From an uncultured Streptobacillus sp. (GTDB taxonomy: Bacteria > Fusobacteriota > Fusobacteriia > Fusobacteriales > Leptotrichiaceae): a DNA stretch of 24,000 bases. Made by a program: the position numbers and the translations under genes. Position 1 is the first letter of the stretch. Each line of letters starts with the position of its first letter. The DNA lies in the NCBI GenBank assembly GCA_963539215.1, contig CAUTJT010000002.1:175087-199086 (forward strand), given 5' to 3'. The notes beneath the pieces were generated by a model. It did no database searches. It was not told the DNA's origin and saw nothing but the letters and a program-made list of their open reading frames with translations. Below, one piece after another: positions 9,180 through 21,198 of the stretch.

Positions 9180-10038
9180 TTTTTTCTTCCTTTCTTACTA
9201 TCATAATAGAAGAATATGTTATTAACATTCCTCCTATGATAATATTTAAAGTTAATTTATCTATTCCCAAAATTATGGAAAAAACAGTTGCAAATAAACA
9301 CTCTAATGATAATATAGTTCCAGTGCTTATTGAATCTATATATTTTTGAGCATATGTTTGCAATAAATAACAAAGACATGTACTAAATGCTCCTAAATAC
9401 ACTATACTTAGTATACCTCTATCAAAATTAATAATTATTTTTTCGTTAAATATTAATAATATCGTAGATATCATACCTGCAATAAATAATTGTACAAAAT
9501 TAACTTTTATAGGATCTAAATTTTTTAAATTTAAATCCAAATATACAACTTGTAATGCAAAAAATATTGCAGATATCAACGTCAATAAATCTCCTATTCT
9601 AAATTCAAATTTTTTACCGTTAAGATTCAATATAAATACTCCTATAATCATTACTAAAGTTAATAAAAAAACGTAATTTTTAGGTTTCTTTTTACTTATT
9701 TCCCATAGTATAAATGGTATCATAACAATATTTGTAGCTGTAAAAAATGCAACATTAGAAACATTCGTGTATTTTTGTCCTAAAGTTTGGAAATAAAAAG
9801 CCAAAAATATAAAAATACCTGAAAAAAATCCAGTTTTAAATTCAGATTTACTCAGTCTTTTAAGTTTTGTATTAAATATCAATAAATTTAATAAAGTTGC
9901 AACTATAAATCTAAAAGACATAATATTTAATGTACTATATCCTCCATCAATAGCATATTCAACTGCTATGAATCCACTCCCCCAAATAATAACCACTATC
10001 AACAATAATATTTTTGGATTAAATAACGCCTTTTTCAT
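9172..10038 (-). CDS. EamA/DMT-family transporter (10 TM)
   Basis: 288 aa, highly hydrophobic, two EamA repeats (IIWGSGFIAVEYA... and VYLGAFSTCLCYLLQTYAQKYIDSISTGTILSLECLFATVFS). Overlaps both neighbours. Confidence 0.88.
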   Translation of the reverse strand: MKKALFNPKILLLIVVIIWGSGFIAVEYAIDGGYSTLNIMSFRFIVATLLNLLIFNTKLKRLSKSEFKTGFFSGIFIFLAFYFQTLGQKYTNVSNVAFFTATNIVMIPFILWEISKKKPKNYVFLLTLVMIIGVFILNLNGKKFEFRIGDLLTLISAIFFALQVVYLDLNLKNLDPIKVNFVQLFIAGMISTILLIFNEKIIINFDRGILSIVYLGAFSTCLCYLLQTYAQKYIDSISTGTILSLECLFATVFSIILGIDKLTLNIIIGGMLITYSSIMIVRKEEKSD

Positions 10039-12229
10039 AAATTTCTACTTTCTCTTTATCAATTTTTATATTATATATCTTTTTATTATTAACTAAACTA
10101 AATTTAAGTAAATCTAATTCTTTAGGAAGTTTAGGATTAACTTTTATTTCTCCATTTTCAATTTTAAGACCCGCAAATCCATAAATTATAGTTTGCCATG
10201 TTCCTCCGCTTGATGCAGCATGCATTCCTTCTTTAAGATTTCCTTGATTATTATCATAATCAACAAATAATGAACGTTTAAAATATTCATAACCTTTTTC
10301 AACTTTACCTTGTCTTATTCCAACTATACTATATACACTAGGACTAAGAGAAGATCTATGTAATGTTCTTTTTTCATAATAATCAAAATTAATATTTTTA
10401 ACTTTTTCACTAAATTTATTAGGAAATAAGAATATAGCCATTATTACATCCGCCTGTTTAAGTATTGTGGTTCTATCTCTTTGTACATTCTTAAGTTCAA
10501 TAGGTAGAAGCGGCATATTATTAACATCATAATCTACTATAGGTACATCAATCAAATTAAAATATCCTTCAAATTGTTCTATTATTCCCTCCATATTAGG
10601 TATATATATTTTTTCTATTATTCCATTTATTTGATCAACTAATCCTTTTTCTTCAAATAATATTTCCTTAGCTAATTCTAAATGCCATTTAACTAAAAAA
10701 TTAGTATAAAAATTATTTTTAATATCTTCATGCCATTCATCAGGACCAGTAACATTGGTTAATTCATAAATATCTTTAGACCTATTATATTCCAGTCTCG
10801 ACAACCAATATATCGATGTTTCATAAAGAATTTCTTTGAATTTTTCAAAATATTCTTCATCACCTGTATGTAAATAATAATTATAACCACCATATATTAT
10901 ATCTGATGTAACATGTATCTCTTGTTTTGCAACAGTACACTCGTAACATGACCCATCATATTCTATGGTCCAATCTGGACATTCCTCATCTCCTGTATCT
11001 GCTGATTCCCAAGGAAATCTTGCACCTAAATACCCAAACTTTTTAGCATTTCTCTTTGCACCATCTAACATTTCATATCTATACTCAACTAAATTTTTAG
11101 CTATTTCTGGAAAAATAGTTATAAAGAAAGGAAGAGTAAATAATTCAGTATCCCAAAAAGCATGCCCTCCATATTCTTCTCCATGTAATAATTTAGCACC
11201 AATATTCGTCTTATTACTATTCGGATCTGGTGTACTCATAAGATGAAAAATATTAAATCTAAGCGCATTTTGAACTTTTTCATCTCCTTTTATTTCTATA
11301 TCTGCTCTTTCCCACATATTTAGATATATTTCTTTATGAAGTTTAAACTCTTCTTCAAATCCTCTACTCATCAAATCAGATAATTCTTTTTCAGATTGTT
11401 TTAATATTTTATTACTATCATTACCATTCTTAACACTTACATATTTTTCTATAATATATGTATTATTTTCAGTTACATTAACATCAAAAAATTCTACAGC
11501 ATATTCACCATATGATTTATTTACATATTTTGTTTCTAATAATTCTCCATTTTCATACAAAACATTAATTTTAGAACTAGTTACTATATTTAATCCAAAA
11601 TCATTCGTACTAGTTTTAACGTATATACCACCATTAGTTGATAAATTTTCTATTTCTTTAACTTTATAGTGTTTTACTCTAAATCTAGGTACATCTATAA
11701 AATTAGTTATAGAAGCATCTATAATATTTTCAAATTCTAAATTTCCACTATAATTAAGAGGTTTTATATATACTCTAAAAATCCCACTCTCTGGTGTATT
11801 TCTACTAAGCATGTGTATACTTTCTATAAGTGTTTCATCTCCTTTACTAGATACATTAATATATCTTTTGACCACTATACCATTTTTCATATCAAGAACC
11901 CTAACATATCCTTTAATATATTTAGTTATCTCAGGTCCCATAGGTTCAGTATCTTTATATATATTAAGTAAATTCCAATTAGGTAAATTAACCAATTCTC
12001 TCTGTAACGCGTTATTTCTATCAAATACACCATGCATATAATTAGCAGGGAGAGATTTTTGTATAAATCCTTCAAAATGCGAACCCCTAAGTCCAAGTCT
12101 TCCACTTGCTAAAGTAAATCTTGTTTCATTATTTATTACTTCATTTTTATTATAGTCATTTTCTATATACAACCACTCATCATCTGATATATATTTACTA
12201 ATTGCATCAGAAAAAATATTTCTTATCAT
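10019..12229 (-). CDS. GH65 inverting alpha-glucoside phosphorylase (kojibiose/maltose/trehalose phosphorylase family, specificity unresolved)
   Basis: 736 aa. GH65 motifs GYGGHAFWDTELFTLPFF, WESADTGDEECPDW, catalytic-acid region NVTGPDEWHEDIKNNFYTN, phosphate-site loop MHAASSGGTWQTIIYGFAGL. Coupled to pgmB. Confidence 0.92.
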   Translation of the reverse strand: MIRNIFSDAISKYISDDEWLYIENDYNKNEVINNETRFTLASGRLGLRGSHFEGFIQKSLPANYMHGVFDRNNALQRELVNLPNWNLLNIYKDTEPMGPEITKYIKGYVRVLDMKNGIVVKRYINVSSKGDETLIESIHMLSRNTPESGIFRVYIKPLNYSGNLEFENIIDASITNFIDVPRFRVKHYKVKEIENLSTNGGIYVKTSTNDFGLNIVTSSKINVLYENGELLETKYVNKSYGEYAVEFFDVNVTENNTYIIEKYVSVKNGNDSNKILKQSEKELSDLMSRGFEEEFKLHKEIYLNMWERADIEIKGDEKVQNALRFNIFHLMSTPDPNSNKTNIGAKLLHGEEYGGHAFWDTELFTLPFFITIFPEIAKNLVEYRYEMLDGAKRNAKKFGYLGARFPWESADTGDEECPDWTIEYDGSCYECTVAKQEIHVTSDIIYGGYNYYLHTGDEEYFEKFKEILYETSIYWLSRLEYNRSKDIYELTNVTGPDEWHEDIKNNFYTNFLVKWHLELAKEILFEEKGLVDQINGIIEKIYIPNMEGIIEQFEGYFNLIDVPIVDYDVNNMPLLPIELKNVQRDRTTILKQADVIMAIFLFPNKFSEKVKNINFDYYEKRTLHRSSLSPSVYSIVGIRQGKVEKGYEYFKRSLFVDYDNNQGNLKEGMHAASSGGTWQTIIYGFAGLKIENGEIKVNPKLPKELDLLKFSLVNNKKIYNIKIDKEKVEIYEKGVI

Positions 12230-13053
12230 TATCCTTTTACACCTCCGCTTATTCCATCAATAATATCCTTTTGTGCAAAGAAAAAAACAATTATTGGTGG
12301 TATACACATCAGCAAGCTAATACACATAGTTGGAACGATAGCATCACTATGCACCCCCTTAAATGAAGCAAGTCCTAAAGCCAAAGTATACTTATCTTGA
12401 CTATTAATAAAAACTAAAGGTCCTAAATAATCATTCCAAACAACTATCATATTAAGAACTGCTACCAAGATCACACTGGGTTTCATCATAGGTAAATATA
12501 TTTTACTATATATTTGAAATTCATTTGCTCCATCAATCTTAGCTGCTTCTGCAAAATCTTTAGGAACTGTTTCCAAAAATTGCTTCAATAGATAAATATA
12601 ATACGCTGATCCGAATAAAGCTGGAATTATTAAAGGTTTTAATGTATCTATCCAACCAAATAAATTAAATTGCATATATTGTGGAATAACAGTTACATCC
12701 CAAGGTAACATCATAGTAGCAAGCATAATACTAAATAATAACTTATCATATTTAAATTTAAATCTTGCAAAACCATATGCAACTAAAGTTCCTGATATAA
12801 CTTGCCCTATAGTAGTTAAAACCGTAACTATCATTGAATTTATTGCAAATTTATAAAAAGGCTGCATATGCCATGCTTTTATAAAATTATAATATCCAAA
12901 TTTTTCAGGTAAAAATTTTGGAGGATAACTAAATACTTCTGTTTCACTCTTAAGAGCACTTAATATCATCCAAATAAACGGGAATAGAAAGTATATCCCA
13001 ATAATTATACAAAATACATATATTATTATAGTCCATTTTTTATCCAATCTCAT
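12229..13053 (-). CDS. Carbohydrate ABC transporter permease (MalG/LacG-like)
   Basis: 274 aa with the EAA loop EAAKIDGANEFQIYSKIYLPMMKPSVILVAV; TAATG overlap with the GH65 gene start. Confidence 0.93.
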   Translation of the reverse strand: MRLDKKWTIIIYVFCIIIGIYFLFPFIWMILSALKSETEVFSYPPKFLPEKFGYYNFIKAWHMQPFYKFAINSMIVTVLTTIGQVISGTLVAYGFARFKFKYDKLLFSIMLATMMLPWDVTVIPQYMQFNLFGWIDTLKPLIIPALFGSAYYIYLLKQFLETVPKDFAEAAKIDGANEFQIYSKIYLPMMKPSVILVAVLNMIVVWNDYLGPLVFINSQDKYTLALGLASFKGVHSDAIVPTMCISLLMCIPPIIVFFFAQKDIIDGISGGVKG

Positions 13054-13064
13054 ACTTCACACCT

Positions 13065-13949
13065 CTAATCCTTATTATCAGAATAATTAAATACCCATTT
13101 CTTTGATGTTTTAAACATAATACCAGTAATCATTAATATTAAAACAAACATTATCCATGCACTAGCTGAAGCATAACCTAATCTAGATTTTTTAAATGCA
13201 TTGTTATAAACAAAAAGTCCATACATATATGTAGAATTTAACGGCCCACCATTAGTTAATAACAATACTAAAGCTAAATTTTGCAATGCACCTATTATCG
13301 CTGTAACTGTATTAAATAATAAAGTTGGAGTTATTAATGGTAATGTTATTTTAAAAAATGTATTTATAGGCCCTGATCCATCTATTATAGAGGCTTCGTA
13401 TATATCTACTGATATACCTTTAAGTGCTGTATAGAATACTAACATCATTGTACCAACTGTCCACCCCGATACTATCACTAATGCAATAAGAGCCCATAAT
13501 TCACTATTTAACCAATCTGGTCCCAATACATCAAACACACTCAATCCATAATTTAATATTCCAAATTCTGTATTTAAAATCCAACCCCATATTATTGATA
13601 CTGCAACACTTGAAACTACAGTTGGTAAATAGAATATAACTCTAAATACTGATATAAATTTTAAATTTTTTGATATTAATACCGCTAAAATTAAAGCGAT
13701 AATTATGTTAAAAGGAACAAAGAATAAGGTAAATTTAAAAGTTATATATAATGACTTATAGAACTGATCATCTTTTGTAAATAGTTCAACATAATTCCCT
13801 ATACCAACAAATACTCTCTCCCCTATAACTGGCCAATCATAAAAACTCATAATAAAAGACATAACTAAGGGCCCTAGAATAAATAAAATCATTCCAATAA
13901 ACCATGGTGCTATAAACAAATAAGGTATAACTTTTTCTTTTTTCTTCAT
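13065..13949 (-). CDS. Carbohydrate ABC transporter permease (MalF/UgpA-like)
   Basis: 294 aa. PYLFIAPWFIGMILFILGPLVMSFIMSFYDW and EAA loop DIYEASIIDGSGPINTFFKITLPLITPTLLFN. Confidence 0.93.
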   Translation of the reverse strand: MKKKEKVIPYLFIAPWFIGMILFILGPLVMSFIMSFYDWPVIGERVFVGIGNYVELFTKDDQFYKSLYITFKFTLFFVPFNIIIALILAVLISKNLKFISVFRVIFYLPTVVSSVAVSIIWGWILNTEFGILNYGLSVFDVLGPDWLNSELWALIALVIVSGWTVGTMMLVFYTALKGISVDIYEASIIDGSGPINTFFKITLPLITPTLLFNTVTAIIGALQNLALVLLLTNGGPLNSTYMYGLFVYNNAFKKSRLGYASASAWIMFVLILMITGIMFKTSKKWVFNYSDNKD

Positions 13950-13970
13950 AATTATCGCCTCCTATTACAT

Positions 13971-15191
13971 TTACTTAGCTGCCTCACTTAAGGCTTTTTC
14001 TGGATCTTCTAAAGTATTTTTATTAAACATTTTTTCTAAAGCTAATTCTAATTTTTCTGATAAACTTGACCAATCTTTAACTATAAATGAAGCTGGCATA
14101 TGTGATTGACTTCTTTCTAACATAGTATAAAATTTACCGTTAATCTCATCTTCATTTAATTTCAAATCTTTAACAACACTTTTAAGAACAGGAAATTCGT
14201 ATCCTAATCTATTTTTATTCATTTCACTACTAGTCCAAAATTTAGCAAATTCCCATGCAGCATCTACATTTTTAGTTGTTGCAGATATTGCTACCCCAGA
14301 AGAACTTATTATACTTTCAGATTTATTATCTCCATAATTAGGTAATAATTGTATACCAAAATTCACACCTTTTTCCTTTAACTTATTGATAGACCAAGAA
14401 CCGTTAATATACATACCAACTTTACCTAATATGAAACTTTTTTCCCCATAATCCTCAGTTGTTGTTGCAATACCCGCTTTAATCATATTTTGAAAAACTC
14501 TAAATGCTTCAATTGTTTCTTTACTATCTAAGAACCCTTGAACATTACCATCTTTATCAGTATACGCTTTTTTATTAGACCAAGCAAACATTTCATAATC
14601 ATAAGGATCTGGTTTTAAAGGAAAAGCAATACCAAATATTTTAGAATCAGAATTTGTAATTTTTTCTGCCGCTTTATATACATCTTGCCAAGTCCAATTT
14701 TCAGTAGGATATTCCAATCCGTTTTTATCAAATAAATCTTTATTAAAATATAAAACATGTGTAGTATATCCAACTGGAAGACCTAATTTTTTACCACCAT
14801 ATGAATTATAATTCCATAAAGCTTCATAAAAATCTTTTTCATATGCTTCGCCTTCTTTTTTAATTAAATCATCAAGAGGCATTAACCCTTTACTATATTT
14901 AGGATAATTCCACATATACATAACATCCGGAGCATCTCCACTTCCCATAGCTGCTGTGATTTTAGTGTCATAATTAGAACCATATGCTTCAAGAGTAACT
15001 TCTATTTTATCTTGACTATTATTAAATTCATCAACAATTTTCTGTTGTTTTTCTAAATCTTCAGCATTATCCCAAGTTGCAAATCTAATCTTAGTTTTAC
15101 CTTCTATAGTCTCCTTTCCAGTATTTTCAAAACAAGAAAATGTACATAATAATGTTAATAACAACATTATTCTTAAAAAAAATTTTTTCAT
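13971..15191 (-). CDS. Sugar ABC transporter substrate-binding lipoprotein (family 1)
   Basis: Signal peptide MKKFFLRIMLLLTLLCTFSC with candidate lipobox cysteine, then IRFATWDNAEDLEKQQKIVDEFNNSQDKIEV and APDVMYMWNYP. ATG at 15191 with AAAGGTGG RBS (the ORF track began at an upstream GTG). Confidence 0.92.
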   Translation of the reverse strand: MKKFFLRIMLLLTLLCTFSCFENTGKETIEGKTKIRFATWDNAEDLEKQQKIVDEFNNSQDKIEVTLEAYGSNYDTKITAAMGSGDAPDVMYMWNYPKYSKGLMPLDDLIKKEGEAYEKDFYEALWNYNSYGGKKLGLPVGYTTHVLYFNKDLFDKNGLEYPTENWTWQDVYKAAEKITNSDSKIFGIAFPLKPDPYDYEMFAWSNKKAYTDKDGNVQGFLDSKETIEAFRVFQNMIKAGIATTTEDYGEKSFILGKVGMYINGSWSINKLKEKGVNFGIQLLPNYGDNKSESIISSSGVAISATTKNVDAAWEFAKFWTSSEMNKNRLGYEFPVLKSVVKDLKLNEDEINGKFYTMLERSQSHMPASFIVKDWSSLSEKLELALEKMFNKNTLEDPEKALSEAAK

Positions 15192-15206
15192 ATTATCCAC
15201 CTTTCA

Positions 15207-15644
15207 TCAATAATTTTCTATTGTAAATTTTATAATTAATTTTTCTACTTCTTTATTTAAAAATCTAAACGCTTCATCATTACTAATTATTATTATATTA
15301 CCTTTTTTTAAATTATACACATTCCCTTTTCCTTTATAAAGTTCTATATCTTTTATATCATCATAATCAGTAACGATTATCAAATCTTTTTTATTCGCTA
15401 TCTCTATATAAGTCTCACCATCTAATATATATTGAATATCAAAATATCTTTTATGTCCTTCAAATTCTTTCTCATCATATATTGTATTATTTTTAGTTCT
15501 TCTAAAAACTAATTTATCAGATATACTTTGATAAATATCCATATTTATTTTATGAATATTATCAATAGATTCTAATACAGGTTTATAATTTTCATTAAAA
15601 AAGAAATTATTTCTAAACTCCTCTACATTATTAAATATATACAT
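15207..15644 (-). CDS. ebgC: YhcH/YjgK/YiaL (EbgC) family protein
   Basis: 145 aa with FEGHKRYFDIQYILDGETYIEI, adjacent to an EbgA-like GH2. Confidence 0.75.
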   Translation of the reverse strand: MYIFNNVEEFRNNFFFNENYKPVLESIDNIHKINMDIYQSISDKLVFRRTKNNTIYDEKEFEGHKRYFDIQYILDGETYIEIANKKDLIIVTDYDDIKDIELYKGKGNVYNLKKGNIIIISNDEAFRFLNKEVEKLIIKFTIENY

Positions 15645-15656
15645 TTTTTCTCCTTT

Positions 15657-18695
<3,039 letters not shown>

Positions 18696-18724
18696 TTATA
18701 AAATTAACAATAATAATAAAATAT

Positions 18725-18744
18725 TTTAGTAAAATTTTACTAAA
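18725..18744. promoter_or_regulatory. Candidate LacI-family operator in the divergent intergenic region
   Basis: Perfect 20-bp palindrome TTTAGTAAAATTTTACTAAA between the divergent GH2 operon and the LacI gene, just upstream of the LacI promoter. Confidence 0.55.
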
Positions 18745-18745
18745 T

Positions 18746-18774
18746 TTTGTTTTTTTTACTTTTCAGTTTATACT
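18746..18774 (+). promoter_or_regulatory. Putative promoter of the second LacI regulator
   Basis: TTTGTT (or TTGTTT), 16-17 nt spacer, TATACT (18769-18774), then AAAGGAG RBS and ATG at 18798. Confidence 0.5.
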
Positions 18775-18797
18775 TATATAAAAGGAGAAGTATTATT

Positions 18798-19745
18798 ATG
18801 AAATTAATAAAAATGTCAGAAAAATTAGGTATTTCTATAACAACTATATCAAGAGTTCTAACAAATGATCCCAATATAAAAGTTAAGGAAAGTACTAAAA
18901 ATAAAATAATTGAATTTGCATTAGAAAATGGTTATGAATTTAAAAATAAGGAAAACAAAAAAGAAGTTTTGATTATTACATCATATAACAAAGAAACAGA
19001 ACTAGAAGATCCCTACTATAAGGAATTAAGGATTCTTTTGGAAAAAGAACTCATAAAAAATAATTTTAAATATAAGAACATAGAATATAATAATAAAATT
19101 AAATTTAATAAATACAATATACTGATAGGTCATTTTAATAAAAATCAATTAAAAGATATCAGCAATAATAATAAAATTAATATTTTATGTGATTCATATA
19201 CTAGTGAAGAAAATATAGACTGTATATCTTTCGACTACAAACACTCTGTATATAATGTTCTAAATGTTTTTATAAAAAGAGGACACAATAAAATAGCTTT
19301 TATCGGAGGCCGTGATTCATATGGAAGTATTGATTTTAGAGAAAAATATTATAAAAACTATATGATAAAAAATAATAAATATAATGATAAATATATATAT
19401 GTTGATAAATTTAATTCGGCGACAGGATATAAAGGGATTAAAGAAATATATAAAAACAATAATCCAACAGCAATTTTTGTTGCAAATGATACTATAGCTA
19501 TAGGTTGTTATAAAGCTCTAAATGAAATTGGTAAAATAATAGGAAAAGATGTTTCTATAATAGGATTTAACAATTCAGATTTTGTAGAATTTATGACGCC
19601 TCAATTATCTTCTGTACAACTTTTTATAAATAATATAGTTAAAGAAACTATAGCACTTTTAATAGAGCACATAACCTTAAAAAGAAAATACTCTAAAAAA
19701 GTTACACTATCTACAAAATTAGTAAAAAGAGAAAGCTTATTTTAA
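18798..19745 (+). CDS. LacI-family transcriptional regulator, likely regulator of the divergent GH2/ABC/GH65 operon
   Basis: MKLIKMSEKLGISITTISRVLTNDPNIKVKESTKNKIIEFALENGY HTH plus PBP-like domain (AIFVANDTIAIGCYKALNEIG...VSIIGFNNSDF). ATG at 18798 with AAAGGAG RBS, downstream of the ORF-track start at 18747. Confidence 0.93.
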   Translation: MKLIKMSEKLGISITTISRVLTNDPNIKVKESTKNKIIEFALENGYEFKNKENKKEVLIITSYNKETELEDPYYKELRILLEKELIKNNFKYKNIEYNNKIKFNKYNILIGHFNKNQLKDISNNNKINILCDSYTSEENIDCISFDYKHSVYNVLNVFIKRGHNKIAFIGGRDSYGSIDFREKYYKNYMIKNNKYNDKYIYVDKFNSATGYKGIKEIYKNNNPTAIFVANDTIAIGCYKALNEIGKIIGKDVSIIGFNNSDFVEFMTPQLSSVQLFINNIVKETIALLIEHITLKRKYSKKVTLSTKLVKRESLF

Positions 19746-19755
19746 ATATATAAAG

Positions 19756-19813
19756 AGAACATGTACCAACAAACTATTTTTATTTTTCCATTCAGTTTGT
19801 AGGTACATGTTCT
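19756..19813. terminator. Long bidirectional hairpin between convergent genes (probable terminator, atypical)
   Basis: AGAACATGTACC/GGTACATGTTCT 12-bp perfect arms, one A-A mismatch, then ACAAACT/AGTTTGT 7 bp, 18-nt loop. No clear T tract on either side. Confidence 0.5.
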
Positions 19814-19836
19814 ATAATATGACATTAACAAAAATA

Positions 19837-20937
19837 CTATAAACTAATATTTTCTTCAGTATTAATATCAAATATATGACATTTGCTCGTATCAAAGTGG
19901 AATCTTTCATTCCCCTTCTTGCTTCCATCACTTATTCCTTCAACATTTATTCTTGAAATAAATTGATTTCCACCTAACATAAAGTATATATATTCCTCAT
20001 TACCCATTTGCTCAACTACAGATACATCTCCTAACAATGCATCTCCATCTTCTTTTTCTGCTACAGTAATATTTTCTGGTCTTATACCAAATACTACTCT
20101 TTGTCCTATATGATCTTTAACTTTTTCCGCTTTTTCTTTTGCTATTTTTATCTTAACCCCATTTATATCTACATAAACCTCTCCTGCTTCTTCTAAAAGA
20201 TTTCCTTCTAATAAATTCATAGTAGGTGATCCTATAAATCCTGCAACAAATTTATTAGCTGGTTTATGATATAGATTTAAAGGAGTGTCAACTTGCATTA
20301 TTCTTCCAAGTTTTAAAACTGTTATTCTATCTCCCATAGTCATAGCTTCTACTTGATCGTGTGTTACATATATCATTGTATTTTTTAATTCTTTATGTAA
20401 TTGTGTTATTCTTACACGCATTGACACTCTTAATTTCGCATCTAAATTTGATAATGGCTCATCAAATAAAAATACCTTCGGTTCTCTTACTATAGCACGT
20501 CCTAATGCTACCCTTTGTCTTTGTCCTCCTGACATTTCTTTTGGTTTTCTATCTAAAAGTTCTGTTATTTCTAACTTTTCTGCTGCTTCTCTTACTCTCT
20601 TATCGATTTCATCTTTTGGAGTTTTCTTTAACTTTAATCCAAAAGCCATATTTTCATATACTGTCATATGTGGGTATAATGCATAACTTTGGAAAACCAT
20701 AGCTATTCCTCTATCTTTAGGAGGTATATCATTTACTAATGTATCTCCTATATATATTTCTCCTCCTGTTATATCTTCAAGCCCTGCTATCATTCTTAAT
20801 GTTGTAGATTTTGCACATCCTGATGGTCCTACAAATACCATAAATTCCCCATCTTTAATTTCTAAATCTATTCCATGTACTGCCTTGAATCCATTCGGAT
20901 ATTGTTTCTCTACACCCTTTAATACAACTTTTGCCAT
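19837..20937 (-). CDS. ugpC: Sugar ABC transporter ATP-binding protein (MsmX/UgpC/MalK type)
   Basis: 366 aa. Walker [11 protein letters not shown], signature [15 protein letters not shown], Walker [14 protein letters not shown]-terminal TOBE/OB domain [10 protein letters not shown]. Confidence 0.94.
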   Translation of the reverse strand: MAKVVLKGVEKQYPNGFKAVHGIDLEIKDGEFMVFVGPSGCAKSTTLRMIAGLEDITGGEIYIGDTLVNDIPPKDRGIAMVFQSYALYPHMTVYENMAFGLKLKKTPKDEIDKRVREAAEKLEITELLDRKPKEMSGGQRQRVALGRAIVREPKVFLFDEPLSNLDAKLRVSMRVRITQLHKELKNTMIYVTHDQVEAMTMGDRITVLKLGRIMQVDTPLNLYHKPANKFVAGFIGSPTMNLLEGNLLEEAGEVYVDINGVKIKIAKEKAEKVKDHIGQRVVFGIRPENITVAEKEDGDALLGDVSVVEQMGNEEYIYFMLGGNQFISRINVEGISDGSKKGNERFHFDTSKCHIFDINTEENISL

Positions 20938-21126
20938 ATTTTTATCTCCTCCATGTATAAATCTCTCTTCATCTTATAATACAGTATAGCTTCATTTTTC
21001 ATAAAGTCTATTATTTTATATTTTTTACTAAAATTTATAAACATTGAAATATAAAATACCACCTCATACTGAAAATTAAAATTTTTTCACATTTTAAACT
21101 TTACATTCCAATTTAAACTATATTAT

Positions 21127-21156
21127 TTGATATTAGAAGTCAATTTATGGTATAAT
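21127..21156 (+). promoter_or_regulatory. sigma70-type promoter for alaS-ruvX
   Basis: TTGATA, 18-nt spacer, TATAAT. Confidence 0.65.
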
Positions 21157-21198
21157 CATACATATTAAAAAACAAAAAATATATATAAGGTGGTAAAA

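Noticed and set aside
10965-11246. Plus-strand ORF of 93 aa
   Set aside because: Antisense within the well-supported GH65 gene.
11811-12041. Plus-strand ORF of 76 aa
   Set aside because: Antisense within GH65; no independent evidence.
20505-20702. Hydrophobic plus-strand ORF of 65 aa
   Set aside because: Antisense within the ABC ATPase gene; apparent hydrophobicity comes from complement of Lys/Glu-rich codons.
20938-21198. Searched for a T-box riboswitch upstream of alaS
   Set aside because: The probable promoter is only ~40 nt from the start codon and no T-box sequence or antiterminator structure was seen.
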